A stretch of 64,000 bases of DNA from NCBI GenBank assembly GCA_900088475.1, contig FLMG01000547.1:10530-74529 (forward strand), read 5' to 3'. The translations under genes were made by a program, and so were the position numbers. The DNA is from Hyphochytrium catenoides (lineage: Eukaryota > Protista > Hyphochytriomycota). Numbering within the stretch: position 1 is the stretch's first letter; each line of letters opens with the position of its first letter. Shown here piece after piece: positions 31,924 to 43,604 of the stretch. The notes beneath the pieces were generated by a model that searched no databases, had not been told where the DNA came from, and saw nothing but the letters and a program-made list of their open reading frames with translations.

Positions 31924-34900
31924 CTATGTCGTTTTCTCATCTGACGACCTACTTCCAGCTAATAAACCGATTGTTGAGAATCGCCGTGCCTTGTCCTGAG
32001 TGCTTGGAGAGAAGTAACTCCCTCGACTGCCAGAAGCTCTTGTAGTCTCGGAAGATGCCCGCCCAGTATTAACCTGGTGGTGCGCTGAAGAAGGAGTCCA
32101 CTGCCCGCTCTCAGCGGGACTTAGTGCGCCCAAACCTGATAGCGTGGGTGTTGGGTTGAAAGCGAGGAGAGATGATTCTCTTAGGAAATCATCCGTACTG
32201 CCTCGAGGTTCGTCAGCCCTCGCTATAGCTTCGAGCCTCTGCAACAACTCCAAAGCAGAAGGGCGACTTGTGGGCTCTTCAGCCCAGCAACTGTTGTGCG
32301 CCAGACATTGAGCAAAAGTGTTTAGATTTGATTGCATGTTGATCAGAGTCATTACAGAAGAGAAACTCAGCCCTACCGATCAATGAGCTCTGCCCAGTCC
32401 GCAGAACAAGTGCCTGGTAAAAGCTCTGGCCGCTTTCCGTTCACGATTGCTTCCCATACATCAATGTTGGCAGAGTAAGCCTCGAAGGGAATCCTCTCCA
32501 TGGCAATCTCCCATAGCACCATGCCTAGGAAAAAGAGACAGTTGGAGAGACAGACATTAAGCGGGCCATGGTAAAAGCCTTGGTAAAAGCAACATAGCTG
32601 TCTCGTACCAAAAGCGAAGATATCCATTGCTTCATTATAAAGTGTTTGCTCCGTGCCCTTGCTCTGGCCTTGAAGCACTTCCGGGGCCGTCCATCTAGTG
32701 GTGCCAACAGCTGTGGACATAAGGCTCGCTTCGCTCATCGAGTAAACCGAGCTATCTGCCAAGCAATAAAGCCTCATTAGTTGATATAGAAAAGGTCACA
32801 ATCTTCGATGGAGACCATTTTGAGTCCCCGTCCAGGTATTTGCTGCCACCGTTGCAGCCTGCATCACCCTTGACGTCCCGAAGTCACAAAGCTACGGAAA
32901 ACATAGCGTCAATCCTTAGTTTGGGCTTCACTCTTCCTATATAGAGGCAGTCAACGCTTACCTTGGCTACCCATCCAGATGTGACGAGGATGTTCGGTGA
33001 CTTCAAATCTCGGTGGATGATAGACGGTGTCATGCTGTGCAGATACTGAAAGGTAAGGCAACAACGTGGAGAGACTGTCAGGATATATCCTTCCCGTGGT
33101 CAAAGGGCTATAGTCGCGCATCACAACTCTTACGGCGAGTCCTCGGGCGGCTCCGACCGCCAGCCGAAGCTTTAGAGGCCAGGACAGTTTGTCCTGAACT
33201 GGCTCAGAGTAACGCGACCGAGTCAGCAGATCATGCAGCGATCCTTTGGAGCAATACTCGCTAAAGAAAGTGTAAAAGTGAGATGCGGAACGAAGGGAGA
33301 AGAGAAGGCCGAACAGCATCATGTGGTCAACTAACCGAGTACTAACCTAATAAGAAGGAGAGAGCCCTCATCGAAGCAGACACCTATGAAGAGGACGATG
33401 TTCGGGTGGCGGAGGCTGTTCCTATAAACTCAACGGCCAAAGGTAAGCACATCGACGACCGGTAGAAGGGAGTTTTCTATGTCCTACATTATCTTTGCTT
33501 CCTTCTCGATCTGCTTCTCCAAGTCGTAAGATATTGGACTCTGTCGGAACAAAGGCTTTGATATCTTGACGGCGACTGCTATGCCTCTCCATTTTGCCTA
33601 TGGTTGGTTATCAGAAGCATATAAGCTTGACCACAGAGGCGAAATGCTATTGGCAGTAGATGTAAAAGGAAGGTACTCCCTGGGACGCAGAAAAGTTGAC
33701 AGGTGTAGGAATGACCTTAAACACTGTGCCAAAGGTTCCCGAGCCAATCTCTTCCAGGTCTTTGATTGCGGACCGCTGTTGGGCAACACTGGCGTCAGTA
33801 CTATCGGTACTATGCACGTCAGTACTATGCACCACGCCTTGGCTTCGTCACAAGTTCTTCCTCATACCTGAAGCGTGAAAAGCTGAGCCTCGGTAACGCT
33901 GTACAGTGGCCCATAGCTTGCCATTCTCTCTTCTATATCGCTCGAACTGTCACGTCGGGACGTGGAGGAGTCACGTATACAGCGCCTGAGACTTCCGAAG
34001 GCATCAAAGTGCCAGAGCCCATAAGCACTGCCCTGAGTCAAGCTAAACCCTAATAGAATGTCGTATGCGAGCCACAGACCATTCATCCTGGTTCCATCCT
34101 CTTCCCCACTTGCCATAGCAGTAGGCTCTAAGTAGAAAACCTTGACCGCTACCCATATGCTGACAAGCAATTCGACAGTCCAGACAACCACCGTTATCGC
34201 CGCGTATCCGAAAAGCAAGCGCTGTGGTCCCTGACTTAGTCTCTGTCCTTTCCCGAAACCCGTCAATATCACCTTGAACAGCGTCAGCAAGTAAAGCAAG
34301 AGATTCAGCGCTGCGATGATGCAAGCAAACGTCTTCTTGGTCACTGCTGTTGGCTCAGCAGACCAAGCACCATAACTCAGTGCCCCGCGGCCTAGAGCGC
34401 AAGTTGTTAGGAACACGTATAATCCTGCTTCGCATTCCACGGATATCACGTCTCTAGGCTCAGACTGACGTGTAGAAAGTCTATCTAGGAAGATCGCTGC
34501 TACGGTAGCACAAAGCTTGCATTTCACGTGATTCGGGATCATCCAGAAGGTAGTGAGGCGAACAATAAGTTCCATGGGTCAACGCCTCATAAGACTGAGC
34601 AATCTACGTACCATAACCGCCGTAAAGAAGCAGGAAACGGCAATATGAAGCGCCAGGAGGATGCTCTTCCTTGTAGTGTGGGAGGAGATGGCAGTCATGG
34701 CAACAATAAGACCCAGGAAGACGGCGCTGATGAGGCAAGCAACAAGCAGGATTCGGTAGAAAGCCTTAGAAGTCTGGCTGTTACAATGAGAGCGCACGAC
34801 GGTCCAGCTGACAGCGGTGATGCTGGCAAGGGAAGTTCCAGCCAAGGCATACACGGCCTGTATTTCAAGGAGATATATTCGAAGCAAGGTGCAGAGACAA

Positions 34901-35018
34901 ACTGGGGTCAAGCTCTCTTACTAAACGTCCTTTGACGATCATAATTGGCCCTTACCATTGTCCCCATCCCTGGTGAGTAGCTCCGTTCCTGATCGCTGAG
35001 GAGGAGCACCGCGTCCAT
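31924..35018 (-). CDS. Seven-transmembrane (GPCR-like) domain fused to a TKL protein kinase, multi-exon
   Basis: Seven hydrophobic helices in 34911..34000, with DRL after TM3 and QG in TM7. Kinase motifs [57 protein letters not shown] and RPSA are all present across exons. Confidence 0.85.
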
Positions 35019-38000
35019 CTTACCGTCTATAATGGAGGTTCGCGATGGGGATGTATGTCACCTTCCATGTCCCAGCACTTTCACATGTGTCCTTACATGA
35101 GGCAGAGTTTGCAACAATTAAGTGCGATTCGTAGGGTTGCAGCTTGAACTCAAAGATAATTTGTCATCACCTTACCATATGAAGGGATCCAAAAGCCCCA
35201 GTGTCCACTTCTATGGACTCGCTATCAGAGGCCAAAGCTAGAAAAGCTTTTGCATTGCATGAAGAGCTCCAGTAGCCTCCTGCTGAAGGCCAGCATAGAC
35301 CCCGCACCGCTGCGTAGCCACAGAATTAAGAGCTGTGGCCACCCTCACCGGAGACCAGACCTCTTAAAGCCATTGAAGGAGATAAGGGAGAGACTCTGAG
35401 GCAGGAACGTGAAGATAGGGGCGAGGCTTACGCACTGTGAAGAGTCAGGCGGGGTCCTCACGCTCCGCTCCCTCTTGAGCTTGATGGCTTGTGATGGGAT
35501 GTGAAGCTGCGAGAACCGTAGGTGGCGTTACAAGCCACCTACGGTTATCATATACCTCAGCTCTGTGATAACCTTTGCTGTTTGATCCAACGGCTGACTC
35601 AATGAACCATTATTTCCTAGACCATCATTTTGCCCAACTGCTCTCATTTCGTACAGTACAAACTTGTGTGTAGGTAATCCAAAGCTGATATAGGAAAAGA
35701 AGAGCTCTGTCTACAGGTACCATGTCCAGAACGGCGACGGTTCATTCCACGGTAAAAGAATGGCTTAGTACGAGTAGCTTAGTAGGGCTACGGCTACTGT
35801 ATCTTTTGACAGGTGTGGAAGGAGTGCGGGTCTTCCTCTCTTGTCTCTCACTGCCACCGCTTACAGACAAATCTCTGTCCTGCCTGTACGCAGTAAATAA
35901 AGAGATAGTGTTTCATAGAGTGCGCCAGCCTGCGCACATTGAGAACGTGGTCCTGGGTCAGCTTCCTGGAGCTATTGCTGGAGGACTTCCTCCTTTTATA
36001 GTGTGGTCATCAGAGGAGATGATGAAGTCTTTCTTGCTGGTTGTCTAGTCTTATAGTAGTTCTAGTGGGTCGGCCTTCTTGCATTATTGCCGGTTCTCCC
36101 TTCCATGCCTCTCATCAGGACAAAGCCATGCACGGCGGACAGCTGTTTATCATAACGCGCTAAGTAGAACCACTTACCTCTTAACAGACCTGTGAACTGC
36201 ACGGCTTGCTTAAGATGTTTTGCACCTAATGGTGGGCTTTGATGCGAAGACCGTACGAAGAGACCTTGGATGCCGACGTCATATGTGTTGGCACGCCGTG
36301 CCGCCTGTATCTACTTTAGTGCTTAGTAGACGTTGGGCTAATCTCTCTCGTCTGTGGAGCAGGCTCTCGGGTTTGTACAGGTTGCACGCGTGCTCTCCTC
36401 CCGTGTATTATGAGACGGCTGAAAGTCAAGTTATTAAAAAGGATCTGCCATCCAAGAAAAATTTTTAGACGTCCGCTGTGAAATGTTGGATCTCAAGACA
36501 AGTTTCCTTCTCTCTGTTCTACTACCGGTTATATTCTTATCAAGGGAAGTATGCAGAGGGAGAGAGAGCTGCATAGCGCCCTGGTCTAGAGGCTAAAGAC
36601 GCAGGCACGAGCGGATGGAGCTATCGGGTCTTCGATGCTCTGCGACTGCTATGGAAACTTTGAACCCATCCAACAGCCTATCTTGCAGACCGAAAGGTCG
36701 CCGCCGGGAGCCCCCCTTCTCTTCCTCAAGCCAAAAGTGGAAAGAAAGCTCAAGCCCTGGTCACTTTGGAGCAATCCGGAAAGCTTGTTGCCCTTAGGTA
36801 CGGATCACACCCGTACTAAGAAATGTTTCTTCGATTGGCTCCTTTCATTAGGGGTGGCGCTCTCTCAAGCCTCCGTTTGTCAGGCAGCGACATAGAAGGG
36901 TGCTGGACATCAGATGGGGGTAGAATGACAAAGAGACTTTTTTCATAGTAGTGTGGGGGCGATTGCCGCTCTATTGATCTCGACCATGTGACTTTGTGAA
37001 GGCAGAACACTAGGGCCACAGGAACGGATAGCAGTGACAACATTCAACTCCCAATCCCTTATCCCGATACTGCTAAGCACGCTCATGATGGGCGGACTTA
37101 ACAATTCCTTCACAGCCGCGGCACTGTTAATCATGTTGAGAGCGACTGCAACCCGTTCAACGGTATGTCCGACCATAACACAGCAATGCAATTAGGAGAC
37201 ACGAGAGAGCGAACATAGCCAGCGAGTACGACAGGGGAGCTGGTAGTGAGACATTTAGACATCTCCAGCGTAAAGCGTGCTCCGCCATAACTTTTTAGAT
37301 CGACTTGTATGATGCGAAGCTCTAAATTGCACCTTCCTTCTACACAGATCTGCAGGTCATGAATCACGGCTAGCTGCAGAGGACAGTTCAGATCTGTAGG
37401 CTCATCTGTAAGGAAACCATAGAACAGGACATATTGAAGTAGGTCTCACTCAGTTTTCTAGACGGTGTGTGCTTATAAGATGCAGCTAATATTCTGTTTG
37501 CCAATCAAAGCTTTAAAGAGACGGTTGCAATCACCGTGCTGAGACAAGAAAACCTTTCAGTGCAAGGCATGCGGGTCCACGACGTTCTTGCCCTATTGAG
37601 CCACAGGAGCTACGGGATGAGAACGAATATTAGAAGGCCAGTTATACCTCGCAGTTCGAGAATAAATGTCCCTTGAGAGGTCACATGGAGGTTTCAGGAG
37701 GTGCGATGTCATTGCGACATGAAGCATCTTCAGCATTTCACTTGAGAACAAGGGCAAGTTCCTGGAGTGAAGACACGGACTCAACGACGTCTGTGAACGG
37801 TGGTCGTCTTCTTCCAATTGTCGTTCTCATGTCGTTCTCTCTTTTGCACCAGCCTCTATCTCTTCTTTACCTTCGCTGTCTATATTATTGACTCTTCTCT
37901 TCCGGGTTTACTCTTACCTATCCACTGTTCCTCCGCTCCCTCTCTTACGTCTGACCTCGTTGATACGTTTTTCTCCCCTCTTGCTCTAAATGACGTAAGA

Positions 38001-38256
38001 TGACCTTTCGCCGCTCTCTAGTACTATCTCCTCCTCACCTTCAGTGTACGAGCTGGTCTTGTCTCAAGACTCATCTCTTCTGCCGCAATCCTCTCGCAAT
38101 CAAACAATAAGGTGATTTAGCACCGGTATCTATGAGGACATTGCAGACTTCTGCGGCTGCAGGTCTGATCCAGATATTCTTTAGCACTAACAATATTACC
38201 CTTTCCGATGTACCTGCCAAGCAGAAAGAAGCTCCAAAGTCTAGCATAGCGCTTTC

Positions 38257-40859
38257 CTAGCCTCGTTTTCTTTTCTTTTTCTGGGTTTCAGGCTGTTCCT
38301 CGAATGAACTCATTGAAGTCCCGTACTGGCTAGCCAAAGTTGAATAAGACCTATCCAATTCTAACCACTTCCTGTATATGAACCTCCTCCTGCTGATGCC
38401 CTTGTTCATCCTGGCAATGATAGACTCAATTTGTTTCTTTGCCAAGCCCTTTCTCATCAATTCATCTCTTATCTTGGCTCTCATCTCTTTCTGATTCCAT
38501 TCATTGAACGGAATGGTGGCCCGGATTGGTTGATTGTCACCTATAGCTTTCAGCAGGACCCGGTCTTCCATCTGGCCGACATAGTACTTCAGCCTGAAGT
38601 ACGGATCCGTTGAATTGCTGCATCTTCCCGTAGGAGGCTCGCCGATCACCTCTTTCCATGTGAGAGGAATCGCGAAATTTGTGCGATCAAAGTCTGCGGT
38701 CAAAGCAGAGTCTGAACCACTCACACCTACAGCCCTTTCTCGGCCTTGCTCCTCAGAGACCACTTCTGCTGGAACTCCGCGACGCGAAGACATTGAGGTC
38801 TCAAGGTCTTGATCTTCATCTCGCCTTCGCGTCTTACCCTGAAAGGACGCCATTCCTCTATCTGCATATTGGGTCAAAAGGCCTATATATATTGATACGA
38901 AGTAAAGAGGGTGATAAGCTTCACCACCGACACCGATCGATTAAGACGCAATGTCCAGTTTTCCACTCACGTTCGTTATAGGCTTCCTGTATCCCTATAT
39001 CTCTCCGGATCGCGGCCGTTATCCTCTCTACTTCCGCGAGTAGTTCTAGAGAGGCTTCTCTTCTTGGCTGGGAGCTCTCGTCTGCCCTCATGGCGTTGAC
39101 TCCTTCCGTAACCACCCTGTGAAGATTGTTCCATCCGGACCGGATACCCATTGGGGCCGTCCTACTTGTATCCTTTGCCATCTGTAACTTTGACACCACC
39201 TCATCAAGCCAAGCCATAGAAGATCTAGTTGGGGCAATTTGAACATTTGCTGATGGGGTGCATTCTCTCAGCACCCTGACGAAAGGATTAGGTTTGCATG
39301 TTGATGTGCTCCTAGGGCTGCGATCCTCAATCTGAGGGGAATGGCGGGGCAAGAGGTCTTCGTAAAATAATTGAAGCCTCCTCAAGTTCCAGTCTTTGTC
39401 TAGAGGCCGCCTTATTACATGAGAAGTTCATGCGGAGGCGAGGACAATGGTGACGAAGTCAACACCTGGCAATGCGCTGCCATAAATGCGAAGCGTCCGT
39501 TACCCATTATCCGTGAGCAGTTGCTTGAAGGGCCACATAACAGGTTCCATATCCAAACCATACAAGCATTCCTGCATGACATGGAAAGCTCGCCCGGCCT
39601 CTACATATGAATGATACACCTCGCTTTGTAAAGGCGCAAGTTTAGTTCGAAAAATTGTATCTCCCTCTATCCTCTAAACAGGAGAGAATATCCACTTTAG
39701 AACAAGTCTCTATTTGCCTCGAGGATGTGGGCATCGGATTGCAGATCAAGTGAAAGGTGTTGACTTCTTGACCTACCTATCCCAAGGGCCACTGGCTCTG
39801 ATTTCAGCGTCCGTGGCACCGCTTCGTGCGGCCCATTGAGCTGCCGAACGCCTCACACTATGTGAGGTGAAGTCGGCGCCATTTTGAAATGCCGTCATAA
39901 ACGTTGTCTTAAACATCTGGCTCAACAGAAAGATATATGGCGAATGAGAGCCATAATGGCAAATGTTTAGCGGTTGGGATGGGGTGTTTAGGGAAAAAGG
40001 GTGACGAACCAGTTCGAAATCGTCATTTGTGATGGCAACATATGATTCTCCTCGTCGACCGGTGGTCGTCAAACTACGGTGTAAGCACGTGGAACGTTAA
40101 ACATGATAATAAACCAGCCCTGCGTGCGGCACTTACCCATTCCTTTCCTTCGCAAAAAGAGGACCTCGTGATCTATTCTGAGTCAGCCTGATCCGTCCAA
40201 TGAGTGCCATGACTGTGATGCCAGGACATAGCTCAAGCTTCACTCCAAAGTTCCTGAATACCACTTTGCTGAATCCTATTCCCTCGGGTCAGGTCATGGA
40301 AGGCAACGTTTGAGTGTGAGAGCACAATTGTCCTCGTCCTAAGTGCATCCAAGAAATACCTCGATTTGAAGCCTTCGTTTGGTCTCCCTTTCTTCGCCTA
40401 AAATGTATGACCAAATACTTCGGAATGCCGTCCTCTGCACTGACTGGAGGTTCGTCAACCCTCGATGCAGAGGAGCTGTGACCACAGCTAATAGATCCCC
40501 TCAAGGTACTGGAAGAAGGTAACTCAACACTTTCAATTTCCAACCGCGCAATCTCTGAACGCCTGCTCATTGTTGCGTGACAAAGAAGAATCATTGTCCA
40601 AACGGTCAAGTTCTCAACGGACCCTATGGAGATCAGCGTATGCATTAGTGCTATAGCTACGATATGGGTCTACGAATGAATAGGCAACTAGTAGAGCAAT
40701 CAATTAGCGCATTGTATGAACTATCAGACGAAGATGATGTCACTTACAGCCCTTCAGGACAGAATTCTCGCCATTTAGTTCACCACTTGAACTTTGAAGG
40801 ACTTCACGAATAACAAGAAGGTCATCCAAGTCATACGTTGCTGCCATCTTATGCTGCAT
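38257..40859 (-). CDS. Tyrosine recombinase with C-terminal GCR1_C-like domain; 8 exons (40859-40748, 40623-40360, 40275-40137, 40073-40010, 39916-39777, 39623-39504, 39410-38932, 38882-38257), 647 aa from this ATG; true N-terminus may lie further upstream
   Basis: The spliced frame totals 1944 nt (divisible by 3) with GT-AG introns. Catalytic-motif set: SRRSEIARL (R), RRKGDQ (K), LCPG, GPLF, HSVRR (HxxR), SGPWDS (W), YHSYV (Y). The last exon IPLTWKEVIGEP...PFNEWN...ISRRRFIY resembles GCR1_C. Confidence 0.85.
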
Positions 40860-41950
40860 TGTTGAAAAGCATACCGCTCCGTCGGTGGCGTTATTGGTCG
40901 TGGAAGAAGAGGCCGCTGCTGCTAAATAAGGAAGTCATACTATGGAACACCACTAAAGACCGTTGGGGCTTCGCTTGTCCGCTTGGATTATATGGTCCGG
41001 GTGAAGATTTGGGCTACTCTTCTTCCCTTGGATTATATTCCGGCTGAAGATTGTGCTAGTAGAGTAGGAACTACCCTTGATTCTAATAATGTGCAAACCA
41101 AGAATCGAGGAATGGAACGATTTCTCTCATTTTTGAAGCTTTTTTCCAGCTTGGCGGCTTATTTTTCTGGATGTTGCTTCTGTAGTTCTGCAGGAACTGA
41201 CAAGATCCCCCACGGATAACCGAACCAAGAACTGGTAATGAACAACAAGTTGGTAACTTGAGCTTCATCCAAGGAGCAAGTAGCGCTTCTGGTTGCTGTA
41301 GCCAGACGGCTTGTCTGCTGCTTTGCTGATTGCTTCTTATTACTCCACCCTGAAGAATCTGTATCCTTTCCTTTGACGGCGATTATAAGCTAGAGATACC
41401 AGGCGTAGGTGCTTCTTCTGTTATAGGCGTCGTGTGGCTTATTAGTCTTCTTGCTCTAGCTGCAAAGACTTTGTTCTTGCCTCGATTTCTTGTGTGTTGG
41501 AGCTAGCGAGGAGTCGTATTCTCCTCTACTTCCTAATGACTGCGGTCCTCTTGACTCTTCCTTCATTCGAGGGCCGAGCTTGCGGTTTTCATTTGCTTTG
41601 CTACCTCTCCCGCCGCACATTCCGCCGCTTTTGCTTTTTGTGCTCTGTTGTTCGTTCTGGAGGTGCCTGCATCTTAAGCACGTCACCTCCTCAAAGGACT
41701 CTTCATCATTTACAGCCTGGAGATCCTAGAAGAGTGGCTGCTTCCGTTGTGTGGCACTTTTTTTCTCAAGCATTTTAGAGTGTAGGTGCCAGTGCCGGTG
41801 GAGGCGTGCCCATTGCCTTTCTCTTCGCCCGGCTATGTTCGTTAGCCCTTTGAAAGAAGAGAGCATTTTGCTCTGATGATGTCTAAAAATTCCGCGAACA
41901 ACAACAGGGAAGGGCATTTTGCCTATCTCCCTCCCCAATCTCTAATCATT
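38257..41950 (-). mobile_element. Putative Crypton-like (tyrosine-recombinase) DNA transposon; termini not identified
   Basis: An intron-containing YR + GCR1_C-like gene with no RT/RNaseH or LTR/ICR nearby, flanked by gene-poor sequence with broken ORFs. Confidence 0.55.
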
Positions 41951-42300
41951 CGGAAACTGGGGCAGGCCGTGAAAATAGCTCTCACTATAGCAAAAAGCAG
42001 GCATTTTCAGTAGTATGGCAGACCTCGGGTCACTTGTTGTTGCCCCAGTGGATGAAGTATTGTACGTAATAAACAGCACCGTCACCAAGGACTTCATCAA
42101 TTCGCCTGCGATGCCCTACCCGGCACCGGGTGGCCTACCTATTGACAACGTTCTCACGAGAAGTCACATCACCCGACAATGGACCCCATCGGCCAAAGCA
42201 AGAAAGAGCACACTTCTCCACGTAGGAGGAATAGGAGCATTGGGCTACTTTAGTGCTGCATTGGTCCTGCTACTGGCTGTAGGATATGGACAAGCAATCG

Positions 42301-43392
42301 TCAATGTATCGCGCTATCTAATCCTGGAAAGAGCTCCCACATTATCCAGTCCCCTACTGGCCTGTAGCCGATCCGCGTGTAAATGCTGTTGGACGTAGGG
42401 TTGGACAGGTCTGTGAAGAGCATGCAAAACTTGAAACCTCTGTCTAGCTGCATTTGGCTTACGTTGGATACTAGCAGAGATGCGTAGCCACGTCCTCGCC
42501 ACTCGGGCCGAGTATAGACGGAGTTGATTGCAATTCCTGTGGCGGTTGGTCGAGCTGCCCTAGCCATAGCGACGATATTCTTCGCCACGGATAGGACGAA
42601 GAACTCTCCATTACTGACCTCTGACATCACCCGATGTCTTTGAATAGGGGGGGAGTGGGGTACGGCTTCCTTTCGGAACAGCTCACAGAGCTCAACAACG
42701 GCATCTTCTTCTGCTTCGCCAGCTTGTTTGATGAGCACTTCCCCTTCAGCAGCAACTGCGGCGAGAGGAGGGACAAGCAACACCTTCTGAAGAGTAAAAA
42801 TGCGCATCTTCATGACTATCTTTGGTCCATACAGCATTTTGTCGGCCCCAGGCGATGCCATATTCTGGGAGCAGCGTAGGTACGCCACCCTCCTCTGTGC
42901 TTCATCATTGGAGGCAGCCTCCGCTAGTGACCATCTATATGCCTTCAAGAACTCTTGACATTCCTCTGGTTGACCCTCTAGCTTCTGAATGGTTCCCATG
43001 TATACAGTACTGCCAGCCAACACGTCAGACAAGGCCCTCCATTGGTCGTCCTTCAGTTTACTGTCGCTGAAAAGCACCAACGACCTCATTCTCCGCGACA
43101 TCATTGCAACAGCTACAATCTCGTTTCCTATAAAGCTTCGAATAGACCAGAAAATGTGAGGCAAGGGCCCCTCTTCCTCCACGTGCGCGGTTGCACTTGC
43201 CACGGCCAGAAATAGGTTGCACATTGCCTCGTGCCCCAGGAGAAACTCCTTGCATGTTTCGAGGAACACGACTATCTCCTGCTTGCTATCGAACAACTGC
43301 AGGTGCACGCCACCATTGGCTACACCTTCGTTGGCGCTCTGCTCCGGACTTGGGCAGGAGTTAAAATCATCACCACTATTATTATCCTGCAT
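42301..43392 (-). CDS. GNAT family N-acetyltransferase, bacterial FR47/COG3393-like type (intronless)
   Basis: N-terminal HEAMCNLFLAV. C-terminal IAINSVYTRPEWRGRGYASLLV...CMLFTDLSNPTSNSIYTRIGYRPV contains the acetyl-CoA-binding motif A and motif B. Confidence 0.9.
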   Translation of the reverse strand: MQDNNSGDDFNSCPSPEQSANEGVANGGVHLQLFDSKQEIVVFLETCKEFLLGHEAMCNLFLAVASATAHVEEEGPLPHIFWSIRSFIGNEIVAVAMMSRRMRSLVLFSDSKLKDDQWRALSDVLAGSTVYMGTIQKLEGQPEECQEFLKAYRWSLAEAASNDEAQRRVAYLRCSQNMASPGADKMLYGPKIVMKMRIFTLQKVLLVPPLAAVAAEGEVLIKQAGEAEEDAVVELCELFRKEAVPHSPPIQRHRVMSEVSNGEFFVLSVAKNIVAMARAARPTATGIAINSVYTRPEWRGRGYASLLVSNVSQMQLDRGFKFCMLFTDLSNPTSNSIYTRIGYRPVGDWIMWELFPGLDSAIH

Positions 43393-43546
43393 GTATGGGC
43401 TTCAGCAGCAGGATTCGTTCCAATCTATTACTACGTGGTTGAGCCCACAAGAGGATGACCTACTGAGCAGGTCGAGGAGAAGTTGATCAGCGCTGCTTAT
43501 TATTGAAGTAGTAAGCTGATAAGGAGCTTCACCTACCTTACAAGAC

Positions 43547-43604
43547 CCGTCCTCCTTTATAGGACGATGGCTGAACCGTCCTCGACTTCTTATAGGACGA
43601 TGGC
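43547..43604. repeat. Short direct repeat with internal dyad, upstream of the GNAT gene
   Basis: ccgtcctc...ttataggacgatggc occurs twice; cgtcct/aggacg within each unit are reverse complements. Confidence 0.65.

Noticed and set aside
36635-36895. RSPPGAPLLFLKPK resembling the Ty3/Gypsy RT motif SPxGAPxLFVxKK
   Set aside because: No downstream RT motifs (DYRxLN, YxDD), RNaseH, integrase or LTRs visible; likely chance.
38257-41950. DIRS/Ngaro retrotransposon or bacterial prophage integrase
   Set aside because: Seven spliceosomal introns, and no gag/RT/RNaseH, split repeats or phage genes.
42015-42398. 127-aa plus-strand ORF overlapping the GNAT 3' end
   Set aside because: No motif support and antisense overlap with a well-supported gene; cannot be supported from sequence alone.
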